Assembly: GCA_025594325.1 (NCBI GenBank)
Contig: JANHCV010000014.1
Coordinates: 1 to 64,000, forward strand
Length of the DNA: 64,000 nucleotides
From: Blastocladiella emersonii ATCC 22665
Lineage: Eukaryota; Fungi; Blastocladiomycota
Direction: 5' to 3'
In this document: one piece after another, positions 12,260 through 23,600 of the stretch
Position numbering within the stretch: position 1 is the first letter of the stretch
Layout of the letters: each line of letters opens with the position of its first letter
Position numbers and translations under genes: made by a program
The notes under the pieces: generated by a model
Seen by the model: only the letters and a program-made list of their open reading frames with translations
The model's database searches: none
What the model was told of the DNA's origin: nothing

Positions 12260-14097
12260 GCTTCTATGAATCTGATGAATTGGACGGAACGACCGTCACT
12301 CTCCACATCCCCGAGATCGTTGAGCGCATCCTCGTCTACGCCGTGTGCAAGGACGCGGGCGATCCAACGTCACTCTTGCATTATGCGCGCGTGACGCGCG
12401 CCGACTTGATTCCGCGCGTCCACCGTGCGATCCTCTTCCGCTCGCCTCACTTTGCCGTTGAGCAGGCGATTCGCGGCGGGCGTACGGATATTCTCGACAA
12501 GCGCCTCATCATTGGTCTGCCCGTACACTTTCGTCAAGCCGAGCTCCTTGCGGCCCAGGAGGCCCGTCAGCTACGACCGCTCGAGTGGTTCCGTGACTTT
12601 GGCTCGCGAGTGCACGAAGCTCAGGCTGTTATGACCGTTGCTTTTAGCGAAATTGGTGCTAACCTAAGCCATAGCACCCGTGCTGCGCTTGGCCTCGGCT
12701 GGGGCCTTGTTGCATGCCAAGACGACAATGTGGATCTATCGGTACGCGCGTCAGCCCGTCTTGCTTGAATTGAAGACTTGAGTGCTGACTCGGTTACTCG
12801 TTACCACAAGCAGGCTTTCGACACGCCAATGGCCTTGGACGCTGCAATCGTTGCGGCCGTTCCAGGCATCGCAGCAGGTCGACTCACAGTCCTCCAGCTT
12901 GAAAACCAGGTCATCAGCGACGCGGGAATCCAACGACTCAACGTTGCCCTCGACAGCCCGAACCAGGCTCTCACATCACTCTGGCTCATTGGTTGCACGA
13001 TTGATTTGCCACGCCTTCATGCCCTCAAACTTCCCGCCACGCTGACCGAGCTCAACTTGAAGGCCACTTGGTTTCCATTGGTGTCCGCCTCGGATCGTCG
13101 CCCTCATTCTTGGACGTGGCCACAGCAGCTTCGTTGGATAGGTCTGAGCCTGAACCCGCTTACATGCGAGTCGGTCCCGCTCCTCCTGCACTGTCTTCCG
13201 CCACTCTTGTCAACACTCGATCTCTCATACTGCAGGCTTGACGACGCGGTCGTCGCCGCGGTTCTGCCCTACCTTCCGCCAGCGCTACGCACGCTCAATC
13301 TCTCGTACAACCGGCATACGTATCACGGACTCGCAACCGTTTGCCGTGCGCTTGACGCTCGCCTGGAGCGCCTGCTGCTATCTTGCAACCAGTTTGACCA
13401 GCTCTCGGATGTCAACATGGAGTGGAAGTTTCCGGCGAACCTTCGCGAACTTGACTTGAACTCGTACGGCCTTACGCGATCCACAGTCAGCGAGCTAGCG
13501 CAGCGCGTCCCACCAGCGCTGGAGGTACTTCGCGTCAGCAGGTTTAATTGCAGAGGAACCGTCGCCCGCGAGCTTGCAGAGCGGCTCCCGCCCACGCTCA
13601 AGATTCTCGAACTCGGGTCGCTTGCAATTGATCCAGACGGCCTGCAGACGCTCGTCGTGCACATCCCCGCGAACTTGGAGGAGCTCACGCTCTACACGTC
13701 CTCGTTGACTCAACGGGTCTTTGCCGCCTTGGCGCCGCGCCTACCGCGCACGCTCCGCGCGCTTTCGCTGGGATCATCATCAGTGTTTGGTCTCGGAGGC
13801 ACGCAGCGGCTCGTCGAGCACATGCCGCCAGGTCTCGAGATGCTGGGCCTTGCGGACATAGGGCTCAACGATGAGTGCCTCGAACACCTTGTTCCTGCGC
13901 TCCCATCGACGCTCATAGGCTTGGGTGTGAGCAACAACGAGGGCATCACGGACGCATCTGTGGCGGTCCTTGTGCAGTATTTACCGCCGCAGCTCAAGGG
14001 TCTCTACGTCCACTCCACGTCCATGAGCGAGGCGGGCGTCGCGCGGATCCGCGAGGCGGCGGGTTCGGATCGAGTGCTTGATATGGACGAGTTCTGA
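12260..14097 (+). CDS. RNI-like leucine-rich repeat protein with ankyrin-like/helical N-terminus (2 exons; start unresolved, possibly pseudogene)
   Basis: Repeated LPxxLxxLxLSxN units (e.g. LPPLLSTLDLSYCRL, LPPALRTLNLSYN, LPSTLIGLGVSNN). A phase-0 GTACGC..CAG intron at 12742-12813 joins ORF 12151 to ORF 12778. No in-frame ATG was seen at the 5' end, and GC is lower than in neighbours. Confidence 0.75.
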
Positions 14098-14152
14098 ACT
14101 CAATATAGCACGTTGTCAATCCACCCATGTATTCATTGGTCCCTCGCGCGCA

Positions 14153-15450
14153 TCACCCACGGACAAAGAGCATCTCGGACGGGGTGACGCGGCGGCACAT
14201 GCGCGCGACGAGTCCGGCGAGCTGGATCGGAGACACGACGCCCTCGACGACGCGCATCTGGGTGATGCCGATCTCCTTGACGAAGGTGAGCTTGAGGTAC
14301 TCTGGGAGGGCGATGCGGTACCCCGCGGCCTGCTGCGGCTGGCCGGCGGGGGCGATGGGCGGCGCGTTCTTGACGACGCGGAAGAGGGTGGCGACGACGT
14401 CGAGGGTCGAGTAACCGCGGTCGAGGAGGTCAAGGACGCCGTCGACGGCGGGCTCGACATGGCCGTTGGCGCAGGCGGCGACGACGGCGGCGAGCTTGGC
14501 GGGGGGCGGCACGTCGCAGACGCGGTAGACGGCTTCCTCGTCGACCATGGCGCCGGCGGTTACGGCGCTGGCGGCGGCCTGGAGCTGGTTGACAGCCAGA
14601 CGCAGGTCGCCGTCGGCGGCAAAGGCGATGGCCTCCCATCCGCCGGTGGTGACGCGGACGTGCTCAGCGGCGGCGATGGCGTGGAGGCGGGAGAGGAGCT
14701 GCGAGGTGGTGACGGGGGCGAAGCGGAGGATGGCGCAGCGCGACTGGATGGGCTCGATGAGCTTGGAGGAGATGTTGCAGGCAAGGGCGAAGCGGGTGGT
14801 GGAGGAGTAGAGCTCCATGGTGCGGCGCAGGGCCTGCTGGGCGCCGGCGGTCATGCTGTCGGCCTCGTCGAGGATGACGATCTTGTGGCGGCCGGGCGGG
14901 AGGGTGACCTTTTTCTGGGCGAACATCTTGATGCGGTTGCGGACGACGTCGATACCGCTAGTTATGGGGAGTCAGCACGGCGGCGTGGGGTTATCGGGGT
15001 GTGAGGGGCGCGCGTACCGGTCGTCCGAGGCGTTGAGCTCGAGCACGGCCTCCTTGGCGGCGTCGCCGAGCAGGGCGTTGGCGAGGCACAGGATGCTGGT
15101 GGTCTTGCCGATGCCGGGCGATCCCTGGACGCGATTGGAGTTGTGAGAAGAAGCGAGGTGCGGGTGCGGGTGCGGGGGAGCGAGCGGACGCACGGCCATG
15201 ATGACGTTGGGCATGTTGCCGTCGCGGGCAATGACCTTGAGGCGGTCGACCGTGTCCTCGTTGCCGACCACGTCGGCGAGGATGCGCGGGCGGTACTTTT
15301 CGACCCTAGGCGGCGATCTGGCCGGCGTGAGCGGTCGGCGGCGCAGGGTGCGCGAGCGGCGGGGGCGGCAGACGCGCAGTACCACGGCATCTCGAGGTCG
15401 CCGGCGGCCGACGTGGCGGCGGGTCCCGAGGAGGAGGAGGCGGCTTGCAT
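14153..15450 (-). CDS. RFC4: Replication factor C small subunit (yeast Rfc4 / human RFC2 type), 4 exons
   Basis: [17 protein letters not shown] (Walker A), [26 protein letters not shown] and SRC motifs. GT-AG introns at 15382-15306, 15193-15125 and 15017-14958. Confidence 0.95.
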
Positions 15451-15924
15451 GGTGCTACGTTGCGGCGAGTGCCGGGTGCAGATTCGTGGGATGCGTGTGC
15501 GAAGGGGAAGGGGGAGAGCGAGGACGAGCGCGTGTGATGCGCGTCGGACGGCCGCAGTGACTCGTCGTCGTTGGCGCGCCTGCCGATCGCGGTCACGCCG
15601 GCCCTCCCGCAACTTGCCTCGCGTGTCTCGCACGGCGCGCGTCCCGCCACCGCGACAATCATCGCGCGACCAGCGAGAAGACGCGCGGCGGAAGCAAGCG
15701 AGAGCGGCGCGCGCGCGTGACCTTTCCGCGCCGAAGGCCACGTCGAAGGCGAGCCCTACGCCAGGGACCGCGCCGCGCGCGGCCGCGCTGCCGTTGCGGT
15801 CGTCGCGAACCCATGGCGTGGCGTTGCCCTGCCCTCAATGTCGCACTCTCGCCCACGCTCCGCTCTCTCCCCGCCACAACGACCCATGCATGCAACTTGA
15901 ACTTTGATAGACGACCACCGCGCC

Positions 15925-17034
15925 ATGACCGAACTCTCGCCGCCCGCCTCTGCCGGGGCAACGGCTGCCGTCACGTCGCAGCCCGTCACCTCGCAGCCCG
16001 TCGTGACGCAGCTCCCCGACACCCCGCTCGCGCTCGGCCCCGCGCCCGCCCCGCCCGGCGGCCCCTACTCGGCCGTGATCCACCCGGCGCTGCCGCACCT
16101 GCACCGCCCGACCGCCGTCCCGGACCTCGCCCGCTCCGCCACCCTCCTCCCGCACGAACCTTGTGCCCTGGTCCAGGCACCCGACGGCGGCGCCGCTCCG
16201 CGCCTCGTCCACGCCGCACTGCGCAAGATCCTGCCCCACGCCATCGAGAACACCACCCGCGTGCGCATCTGGATCGCTCACGACGCCGACCACGTCGTCC
16301 GCCTGCACGTCTTCCGCCGCGGCCTGCTGCTGCCCGGCGAGGGCGCCTGCGCGCCCGCCGATGGTGGTAACGATGATGACGACGACCGCGAGCCGCCGCC
16401 GCCCTACGCGACCATTGCGCGCGGCGGGCCCGCCACCCTCGCCCGCTCCACCTCGGCCGCCGCCATCCCCGTCGCCTCCGTGTGGACCCGCGCCGCCGCC
16501 ACCGCCACCCTGTACCGCTCCGCCGACGGCGGCGTCCCCGACGGCAGCGTGCGCCTCGGCGTCGTCGCCTTCCGCCTCGACAAGGACCGCGACGACGGGC
16601 TCGCCATCGACGACGCCGCTCCCGCCCCCGCGTACGGCGAGGACCCGCCGTGCCCCGTCCACGTTGTGCGGCCCGACGACCTCCTGCCGCTGCGCAAGTG
16701 GGTGCGCCGCGTCGTTGGCGGGATCCCGGAGCCCGAGGAGGGCGGGCCTGCGCCGCAGCCAGGCTACCACCGCCACCGACCCCACTCGTCCTCATCGTCG
16801 TGTTCGTCGTGCTGCCTCGACTGCTGCTGCGGCGGCCGCTCCGGCACCGCCTGCACCATCTGGGACTGCCTCTTGTGCGTCGACTGCTGCATCCACCTGC
16901 CCAACTGCCTCCTCGGGTGCTTTGCCATCTTTGCCCAGCTGTGCGAGTTCACCGGCGACTGCATCACGGGCTTCTGCGCCGTGTGCGGCGCCTGTGCCGA
17001 GTGCGGGGCGTGCGACTGCGGCGGCTTTGTCTAG
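15925..17034 (+). CDS. Unknown protein with PPPPY motif and very Cys-rich C-terminal tail
   Basis: Single ORF with host-like GC3 bias; 21 Cys in the last ~75 residues; PY motif (EPPPPY). Confidence 0.75.
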   Translation: MTELSPPASAGATAAVTSQPVTSQPVVTQLPDTPLALGPAPAPPGGPYSAVIHPALPHLHRPTAVPDLARSATLLPHEPCALVQAPDGGAAPRLVHAALRKILPHAIENTTRVRIWIAHDADHVVRLHVFRRGLLLPGEGACAPADGGNDDDDDREPPPPYATIARGGPATLARSTSAAAIPVASVWTRAAATATLYRSADGGVPDGSVRLGVVAFRLDKDRDDGLAIDDAAPAPAYGEDPPCPVHVVRPDDLLPLRKWVRRVVGGIPEPEEGGPAPQPGYHRHRPHSSSSSCSSCCLDCCCGGRSGTACTIWDCLLCVDCCIHLPNCLLGCFAIFAQLCEFTGDCITGFCAVCGACAECGACDCGGFV

Positions 17035-17118
17035 AACCCGTTTAGAACCCACCATTTTTGTGATCCTCTACCCCGACTGACAGCTGTATATATGCTCTTC
17101 CTCCGTCCCCGTGTTTCC

Positions 17119-19337
17119 TCACCTCGTCGTGGTCATGGTTCCGGCGTCCGCGCTCGTGGCACGCACGGGTGGACTCGGCAGCGGTTCGAGGTCGCACCCG
17201 CCGTCCTCGTCCTCCCCATCGTCGTCCTCGGCCGCCGGTGCGAGCGGCAGCGCGTGTACCGCGTCCATGGCCGCCTCGAGCAGCGCCGTATCGAGCGGGC
17301 CCGGGTCGCCTACACTCGCCGTCAGGATCAGCACCCCGCTCTCCCAGTGCGCGAGCAAGTAACGTACCTCGCGTGGCGGCCTCGTCGAGACACGCAGCCA
17401 TCTCGTCGGCGTGCGCGAGCGAGAGCCACTTGGCCGCCGCGCCCGGGTCAGCGACGGCGACCGCGTTGAGCACGAGCTTGCTCCACGCGTCAAGCAGCCG
17501 CTGGTGGCCTTCCTGGACCGCCACCGTGAGAATGTCGACGAGCCTACACTCCCACCGCGAGTCAGCGACCACCACGGTACAGTAACCGCGAATCGAACGC
17601 GTACGAGTCAGCCGGGATCCGCGACACCACGCCCGCCCCGCCGTCCCCGCCCACGAGGTTGATCCACACGCCGCACAGGGGCAGGAGCACGTCGCCGCAC
17701 ACGCTCTCGAGCATGGCGACGAGCAGGTCCATCCAGTCGCGCGACCCGCGCATCGTGTGCTGCACGTGCGGGTCGCGCGCGAGGTTGGCCGCGACGCCGA
17801 GCGCCTCGGCCTGAGCTTCGGCGTGGTCGGACCGCAGCAGCACGTCGGCGAGCGCGGCGAGGAGCGCGGCCTGGTCCGCGTCAGTGCCGGCGGGCGGGCA
17901 GTAGTAGGACAGGTTGTTGAGGAGGAGGAGCGCGTTGAGCTCGAGGTCCTCGCCGTCGCGCGCGAGCACCGCGTCGTTGGCCGGGTGTGAGAGCAGCGGG
18001 ACCAGGACCGCCAGGCGCGCGTCGTGGGCGTGCGCGGCGCCGATGGGGCGCGACTGGAGCAAGTTGGCGAACAGGCGGATTGTCTACGTGGTCGCGCGGG
18101 GGTCAGCGGGACTGCGAGGCGGGGGATCGCGAGCGAGCAAGTGTGCCTTGATGAGAACGCCGACCTGCTGCACCCCGTCGCCGGCGAGGTACGCCTCGGC
18201 CGCGTTTGCGAGCGCGGCAACGACGGGCCCGACGCTGCCTGCGACCGCGTCATGCACGGGTCCCACGTCGACGGACACCTCGCCGAGCGCGTACAGGAGG
18301 CGCTCGGCGACGGCGGGCCGCGTGGCCGGGTGGACGGCAAGGAGGACGGCGCGGTCGAGGTCCGCCGCGTCCCACTGCGCGGCGAGCGACTTGGGGTTGG
18401 CCGAGGCGAGGGCAGCGACGATGCGCGCCGTGTGCAGTGCGAGGGCGTGGTGCGCGTCGCTGGGCGCCGCAGTCTCTGCCGAAATCCATGCGAGCACGAG
18501 GTCGAGGGCGCGGCCGACCATGCGCAGTCCGCCGCGGGCAACGAGGTCGGCGGCGTGGCGCGGGAGCAGGTCGCGCAGCACCAGGGCGCACCGCGCGGCC
18601 TCGTCGAGGTGCGGACCCGCGAGCAGCGGGGAGGCCGAGGTGACGAGCGAGCGCAGGGCGAGGTCAAAGTCGCACATGGTGCGCGGGAGGGACACGTCGC
18701 CGAGATCGCCGGCCGAGGTCGGCAGCGACGACGAGCTGGTGCGCGAGATGGCCGAGTCGGCGCGTGACAGCGGGCGTGACACCGAGGAGGTGCCGCCGGG
18801 CGGGGTCGGGCGGCGCGGCGCGTCGAGGGCGAGCGATGACGACGCGGACCGGGCGAGCGGCGGCGGCGGGCCCTGGCCCGCGGGTCCCACGGTAGCTAGC
18901 GGCGCGAGCTTCCGCGGCGGGGTCGGGGTGGCCGAGAGGGTGCGCAGGGCGGCGGGGGTCAGCGGGCGGGTGCCGCCGAGGAGCGAGCGGGGCGGGGTCG
19001 CCGTGTTGCGCACGGTGGTGCCCGGCGGGCGCGGACCGGTTGGTGGGAGCGGCGGCGGGAGCGGGGCGTGCGGGCCAGTGGAGTCGTTGGGCGAGGAGTG
19101 CAGCAGCAGGTCGCGCCACACGGCGGGGGTGATGGGCCGGATCGGGCGCTTGAGCGAGGGCCGGCCGGCCGGGTCGTCGCGCAGCGGGGAGCGCGCGGGC
19201 GGCGGGCGCGGCGCGTGGAGGGGTCTAGACGCGGACCCGGACCCGTCCAGGCTTGGGAGGAGGGCGGAGGGGCCGGTTGGTGGCGGCGAGTGCGCGGCCG
19301 CGTGGATGGGCGGCAGCATGGTGGACTGCGGGTGCAT
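17119..19337 (-). CDS. ARMC2: Armadillo-repeat protein, ARMC2-like (ciliary), 3 exons
   Basis: LIK|TIRLFANL, LLNNLSYY (17901-17918), ALGVAANLAR and LCGVWINL match recalled ARMC2 motifs. Introns ~18146-18084 and 17604-17544; Pro/Ser-rich N-terminus. Confidence 0.7.
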
Positions 19338-19595
19338 GGCTGGCTGAGCTGGCGGGTATAGGTGATTGGGACGAGGGAGAGAGGATGAAGGGAGGAAGGG
19401 ATGAAGGGAGGAGGGAGGGGCCGACGCGCTCGACGGGAGACACGTCGCGTCGCGCGTCGCAGCGGCGCACGTGCGCGCCCCGCCACGCGCATCGCCTTGG
19501 TCGACCAGCCGCCGATCGCTCGCCCTCGGCCTTCTGCTCTCGCGGCCGACCACGCTCGCTCCCCGCACCACAACCCACCCACACCACGGATCGCC

Positions 19596-20552
19596 ATGGA
19601 TTTCGCGCAGGAGCAGCAGAACGAGGTCGAGATCCTCAAGTCCATCTACTTTGAGGAGTTCATCGACCTGGCCGAGGGGGACGCCGCGGCGCGCCACTAC
19701 GCGCTCGAGCTGTCGCCCGACGAGGACGCCTACGCCGGCTTCTTCCCCGGCGAGGAGGACTACATCCGCAAACACTGGAAGCTCTACCTCACCGTCTCCG
19801 CCCCCGAGGACTACCCGCAGTCGCCGCCCGAGCTCACCCTGTCGCGGACCCGCCCCACCCCCGCCGCGGGCTCCGACGACGACGGCTCGGACGATGACGA
19901 CGAGGACGACTCGGACGACGAGTACTACGGCTCCGACGAGGACTCGGACGACGATGACGAGGAGAACCCGCTGCACATTGCGCCCGTGCTCGCGCAGCTC
20001 GACGCCGTCGTCGCCGACCAGGCCGCCATGCTCGCCGGCGAGATCCTCGTCTTCTCGGTCGTGTCCGCCCTCAAGGAGGAGATGGCCGCCCTCGCCAAGG
20101 ACCGCGTCGCCGCCGCCCGCGCCGCCGACGCCGAGCGCATCCGCCTCGAGGAGGAGGCCGAGGCGAAAAAGTTCCACGGCACCCAGGTCACCGTCGAGCG
20201 CTTCCTCGCCTGGAAGAAGGTCTTCGACGCCGACATGGCCGCCAAGGCCGCCGCCGACCGCGCACGCGAGGAGAAGGCCGCGGGTCTCTCCGCCCGCAAG
20301 ATCCAGCAGAACGCCGCTGCCGCCGCTGCTGCCATGGGCGGCAAGACGGGCCGCGAGCTGTTCGAGGCCGACAAGTCGCTCGCCAGCTCCGACACCAAGT
20401 TCATGGGCGACGACGAGGAGTCCGTCGACACGGCCGCTTTCGAGGCTGCCGACGAGTCCGCGGAAGCCGGCGTCGCCGCGCTCTCGCTCGATGCTGACGA
20501 GGACGACGACTCGGGTGTCGCCGCCATGCTGCTCAAGGACCGGACAGACTAG
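19596..20552 (+). CDS. GIR2: RWD-domain protein (GIR2/RWDD1-like, DRG-binding)
   Basis: EQQNEVEILKSIY, YPQSPPEL, HGTQVTVERFLAWK and KTGRELFE (DFRP C-terminal motif); acidic. Confidence 0.88.
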   Translation: MDFAQEQQNEVEILKSIYFEEFIDLAEGDAAARHYALELSPDEDAYAGFFPGEEDYIRKHWKLYLTVSAPEDYPQSPPELTLSRTRPTPAAGSDDDGSDDDDEDDSDDEYYGSDEDSDDDDEENPLHIAPVLAQLDAVVADQAAMLAGEILVFSVVSALKEEMAALAKDRVAAARAADAERIRLEEEAEAKKFHGTQVTVERFLAWKKVFDADMAAKAAADRAREEKAAGLSARKIQQNAAAAAAAMGGKTGRELFEADKSLASSDTKFMGDDEESVDTAAFEAADESAEAGVAALSLDADEDDDSGVAAMLLKDRTD

Positions 20553-20617
20553 GGCTGGGTTTTGATTCACCACGTAGTATATATCATCCTTCTCACTCAC
20601 CGATACAAATCGCTCCC

Positions 20618-23600
20618 TTACTGCTCGCGCATGCTCGAAAACTTGAGCTTGATCTTCTTGCCCGGCGGCTCGCCACCACCCGTCGGCGCACCCGGCAGCG
20701 CGGGCAGCGGCGGCAGCGCTGAGCCGGACATGGCCGACGACGACGAGCCCGCGCCCGGCGCCTCGTCCTGCGACTTGCGCTTGCCCGGCTTGGCCGTGGC
20801 GACCGGCGGCGCACCCGCCGAGCCCGCGCCTGCGTTCACCGCAACACCAATCGGAAGGCCCTTGGCCTTGCGCACCGTGGGCGCGTGGTCCCAAGACACG
20901 CGCGTCGAGACCCCGACGCGCCCGCACTCGCGCTCAAACGACTTGTGCACGCTGCGGCCCATCTCGAACACGGGGTCGCCCGGCTGGTTGAACGAGTAGC
21001 AGTTCTCGAACACGAGCAGCACGTCCGCGACGAAATCGCCCATGGTCGCGTAGTAGTGGCGCGCCGCGCTCTGCACCCGCTTGTCGATGGTCCCGAAGTC
21101 GAGCGGGTACGGGACCACGTCAAAGTACGTCGGGATCCCGAGCGCGACCGGGTCCACGGGCCGCAGGAACGGCGGCGCGTTCTTGTGCGTCAGCACCTTG
21201 TGCATGAGCTTGCGCGCCGTGAGCGCGTCGAACGGCGCGTTCGGGTCGGGGCCCTCGCTGCCGTCGCCCGCGCCACCGCCCGCGGCCGCTGCCGCCGCCT
21301 GTCGCCGCGCCGCGGACGCGGACCCGGCAATCAGCTCGGCCTCGGTCTTGGACTTGCGGTCGTTGAGCAGCTTGGTCCACTCGGCGTCAAAGTTGCGCAG
21401 CAGGCCCATGGCCGCGACCGAGTACGGGTGGTCGCCGCCGTTGAACGTGACGCAGTTGTTGAAGATGAGCTTCATGTCGTACTCGAACTGCGACAGCGTG
21501 CGGTACTCGCCGCTCGCCACCTTGGACCGCAGCGTGCGGAAGTCCATGGGCTCGCGGATGTAGTCGAGGTACTGCGGCACCCCGTCGCCGATCGGGTCCA
21601 CGGGCCGCAGGAACGGCGTTGCCGCCGGCTGCGCCATGAGCTTACGGATCACCGACTCGCACCGCGACACGTCCCACGTCGTCATGCGGTTCGACAGCGG
21701 CCCCTCGCCCGTTGCCGAACGCGGCGCGGCGGCGGCGGGCGCGGCGGTGTCGTCGAGAGGACGGTGCAGCGGCGCGTGCGGGGTCGAGGTCGCCGACGAC
21801 GACGCGGAGCCGCCCGCCGGCGCCTTCTTGCTGCTCGACGACGGCACGCCCGACCCGATGGTCGTCTTGCCCGCGGCCCCGGTACTCAGCTTGCGCGCCG
21901 CGCCACCCGCGGCACCCTTGGTCGGCCCACCACGGCCCGCGCCGGCAGCGCGGTTCGCCGCGCTCTTGTGCGGCTCGAGCGGCGGGAGGTCCGTGATCCC
22001 GAACGTCTTGCGCCACTCGTCGCAGATCACGTCGTAGAACTTGAACGCCGACACGTAGACGAGCGTGCGCGGCGCGTTGAACGTGATGGCGTTGCGCAGC
22101 ATGAGCCGCAGGTCGCGCAGGAAATCGTCGGCCGACGTGTAGTCCTCGATGCGGTTGCGGATCGTCGTCAGGTCCATGGGCTTCTTGATCACGTCAAAAT
22201 ACGTCGGCAGACCGAGCAGGACCGGGTCGACGGGGAGCTGGAAGTCAAACGACTCTTCGTTCTTCCACAGCCGCTCCCACAGCGCCACGGCCGTGTCATA
22301 GTGCAGCGCCGGCGGGGTCAGCGTCGGCGGCGGGCCGGCAGGCTTCCGCTCGCGCTCGCGCTCGCGATCACGGTCGCGCGGCGGCTGCTCCGTTGGCGGC
22401 CGGTGCGCCGGCGGGTGCGGCGGACGGTCGCGGTCACGGTCACGGTCGCGGTCGCGGTCGCGGTCACGGTCCTCGGCGCGCTCGACGGGGCGCGGCGCGG
22501 AGACTGCGACGCCGCGGAGCGCCGGTTGCTGGCCCTGCGAGATGGCCGAGGGCGGCGCCGACGTCGAGACGGGCGTGCCGCGGAGCGGCGGCTGGAGGGT
22601 GCGCACCGTGGGCGTCGTCGACGCCGAGCTCGACGCGCCGCCGACGGGCGTGCCGCGACCGCGGTTCACGACCGTGACGGCCGGGAGCGGCGGCGGCGGC
22701 GGGCCCGCCGTGAAGCCGAGCGACGACGACGACGAGGACGAGCGCGCGCCCGCCTCGGGCGCGGGCGGCGGCGGCGGGAGCTGCACGTGGATGCGCGGCG
22801 GCGGTGCGTCCGACTTGACCGTGCGGTTGGCCGGGAGCGCGGGCGAGGGCGCGGCGCTCGTGTTCGCGCTGCGCTTCCCGTTCGCGGGCCCGCGGGGCGC
22901 GGGCATCGGCGGCGGCGGGATCGCCATGGTCAGCGTCGACGGGGACGGCGGCGGGATCACCGGGGGCGGGATGCCGGGCGACCCGAGCGGCGGCGGGACG
23001 CGGAGGAGCTGGCGCAGCGGCGCCGAGGTGGGCGACATGACGGGCGTCTGGCTCGCCGAGTTGGGCACGCTGCTGCTGCTCGCGGCGTCGGAATTCACCC
23101 GATGCGGCGCCGGCGCGGACCTCGGCCCGCCGTGCTGCGGCGGCGTCGAGCCGTACGGCAGGGGGACGCCGAACGCCGTGGTCGCGGGCGCTCCGGACGG
23201 CTGCAGCGGTGGCGGGACGCAGTGGGTGGCAGGGAACGGCGTGGGTCCACGCGGCGGGGGCGGCGGCGGCGGCCCGTCCGACTTGGCGGTGAGCGGCTTG
23301 AGCTTGATTGCGACGGGGAACTCGGACGCGATCTCGCGCGTGAACAGGTCGCGCATCCCCTCGCCGAGCTTGTACACCTCGTCGTACGGCTGGTTGAAGC
23401 GGAAGCAGTTGGTGAAGATCTGGTGCACGTCGGCCTCGAACGCGCCGACCGTCGGGTACTCGCGCATCTCGAGCTTGCGGCGGATCGTGGTGAGGTCCAT
23501 GGGCTGGTGGATCACCTCGTAGTACCCGGCAATCTCGCGGACGGGCGACGTGAACCAGCCGGAGCCGTTGTACTCGCGCAGCTTGCGGTGGATGCGCTTG

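Noticed and set aside
22340-22475. CGGTCG/CGGTCA hexamer repeat and CAC run at ~50947-50970
   Set aside because: These encode (RD)n in TAF2 and His8 in the MFSD1-like protein; they are ordinary low-complexity coding sequence, not arrays.
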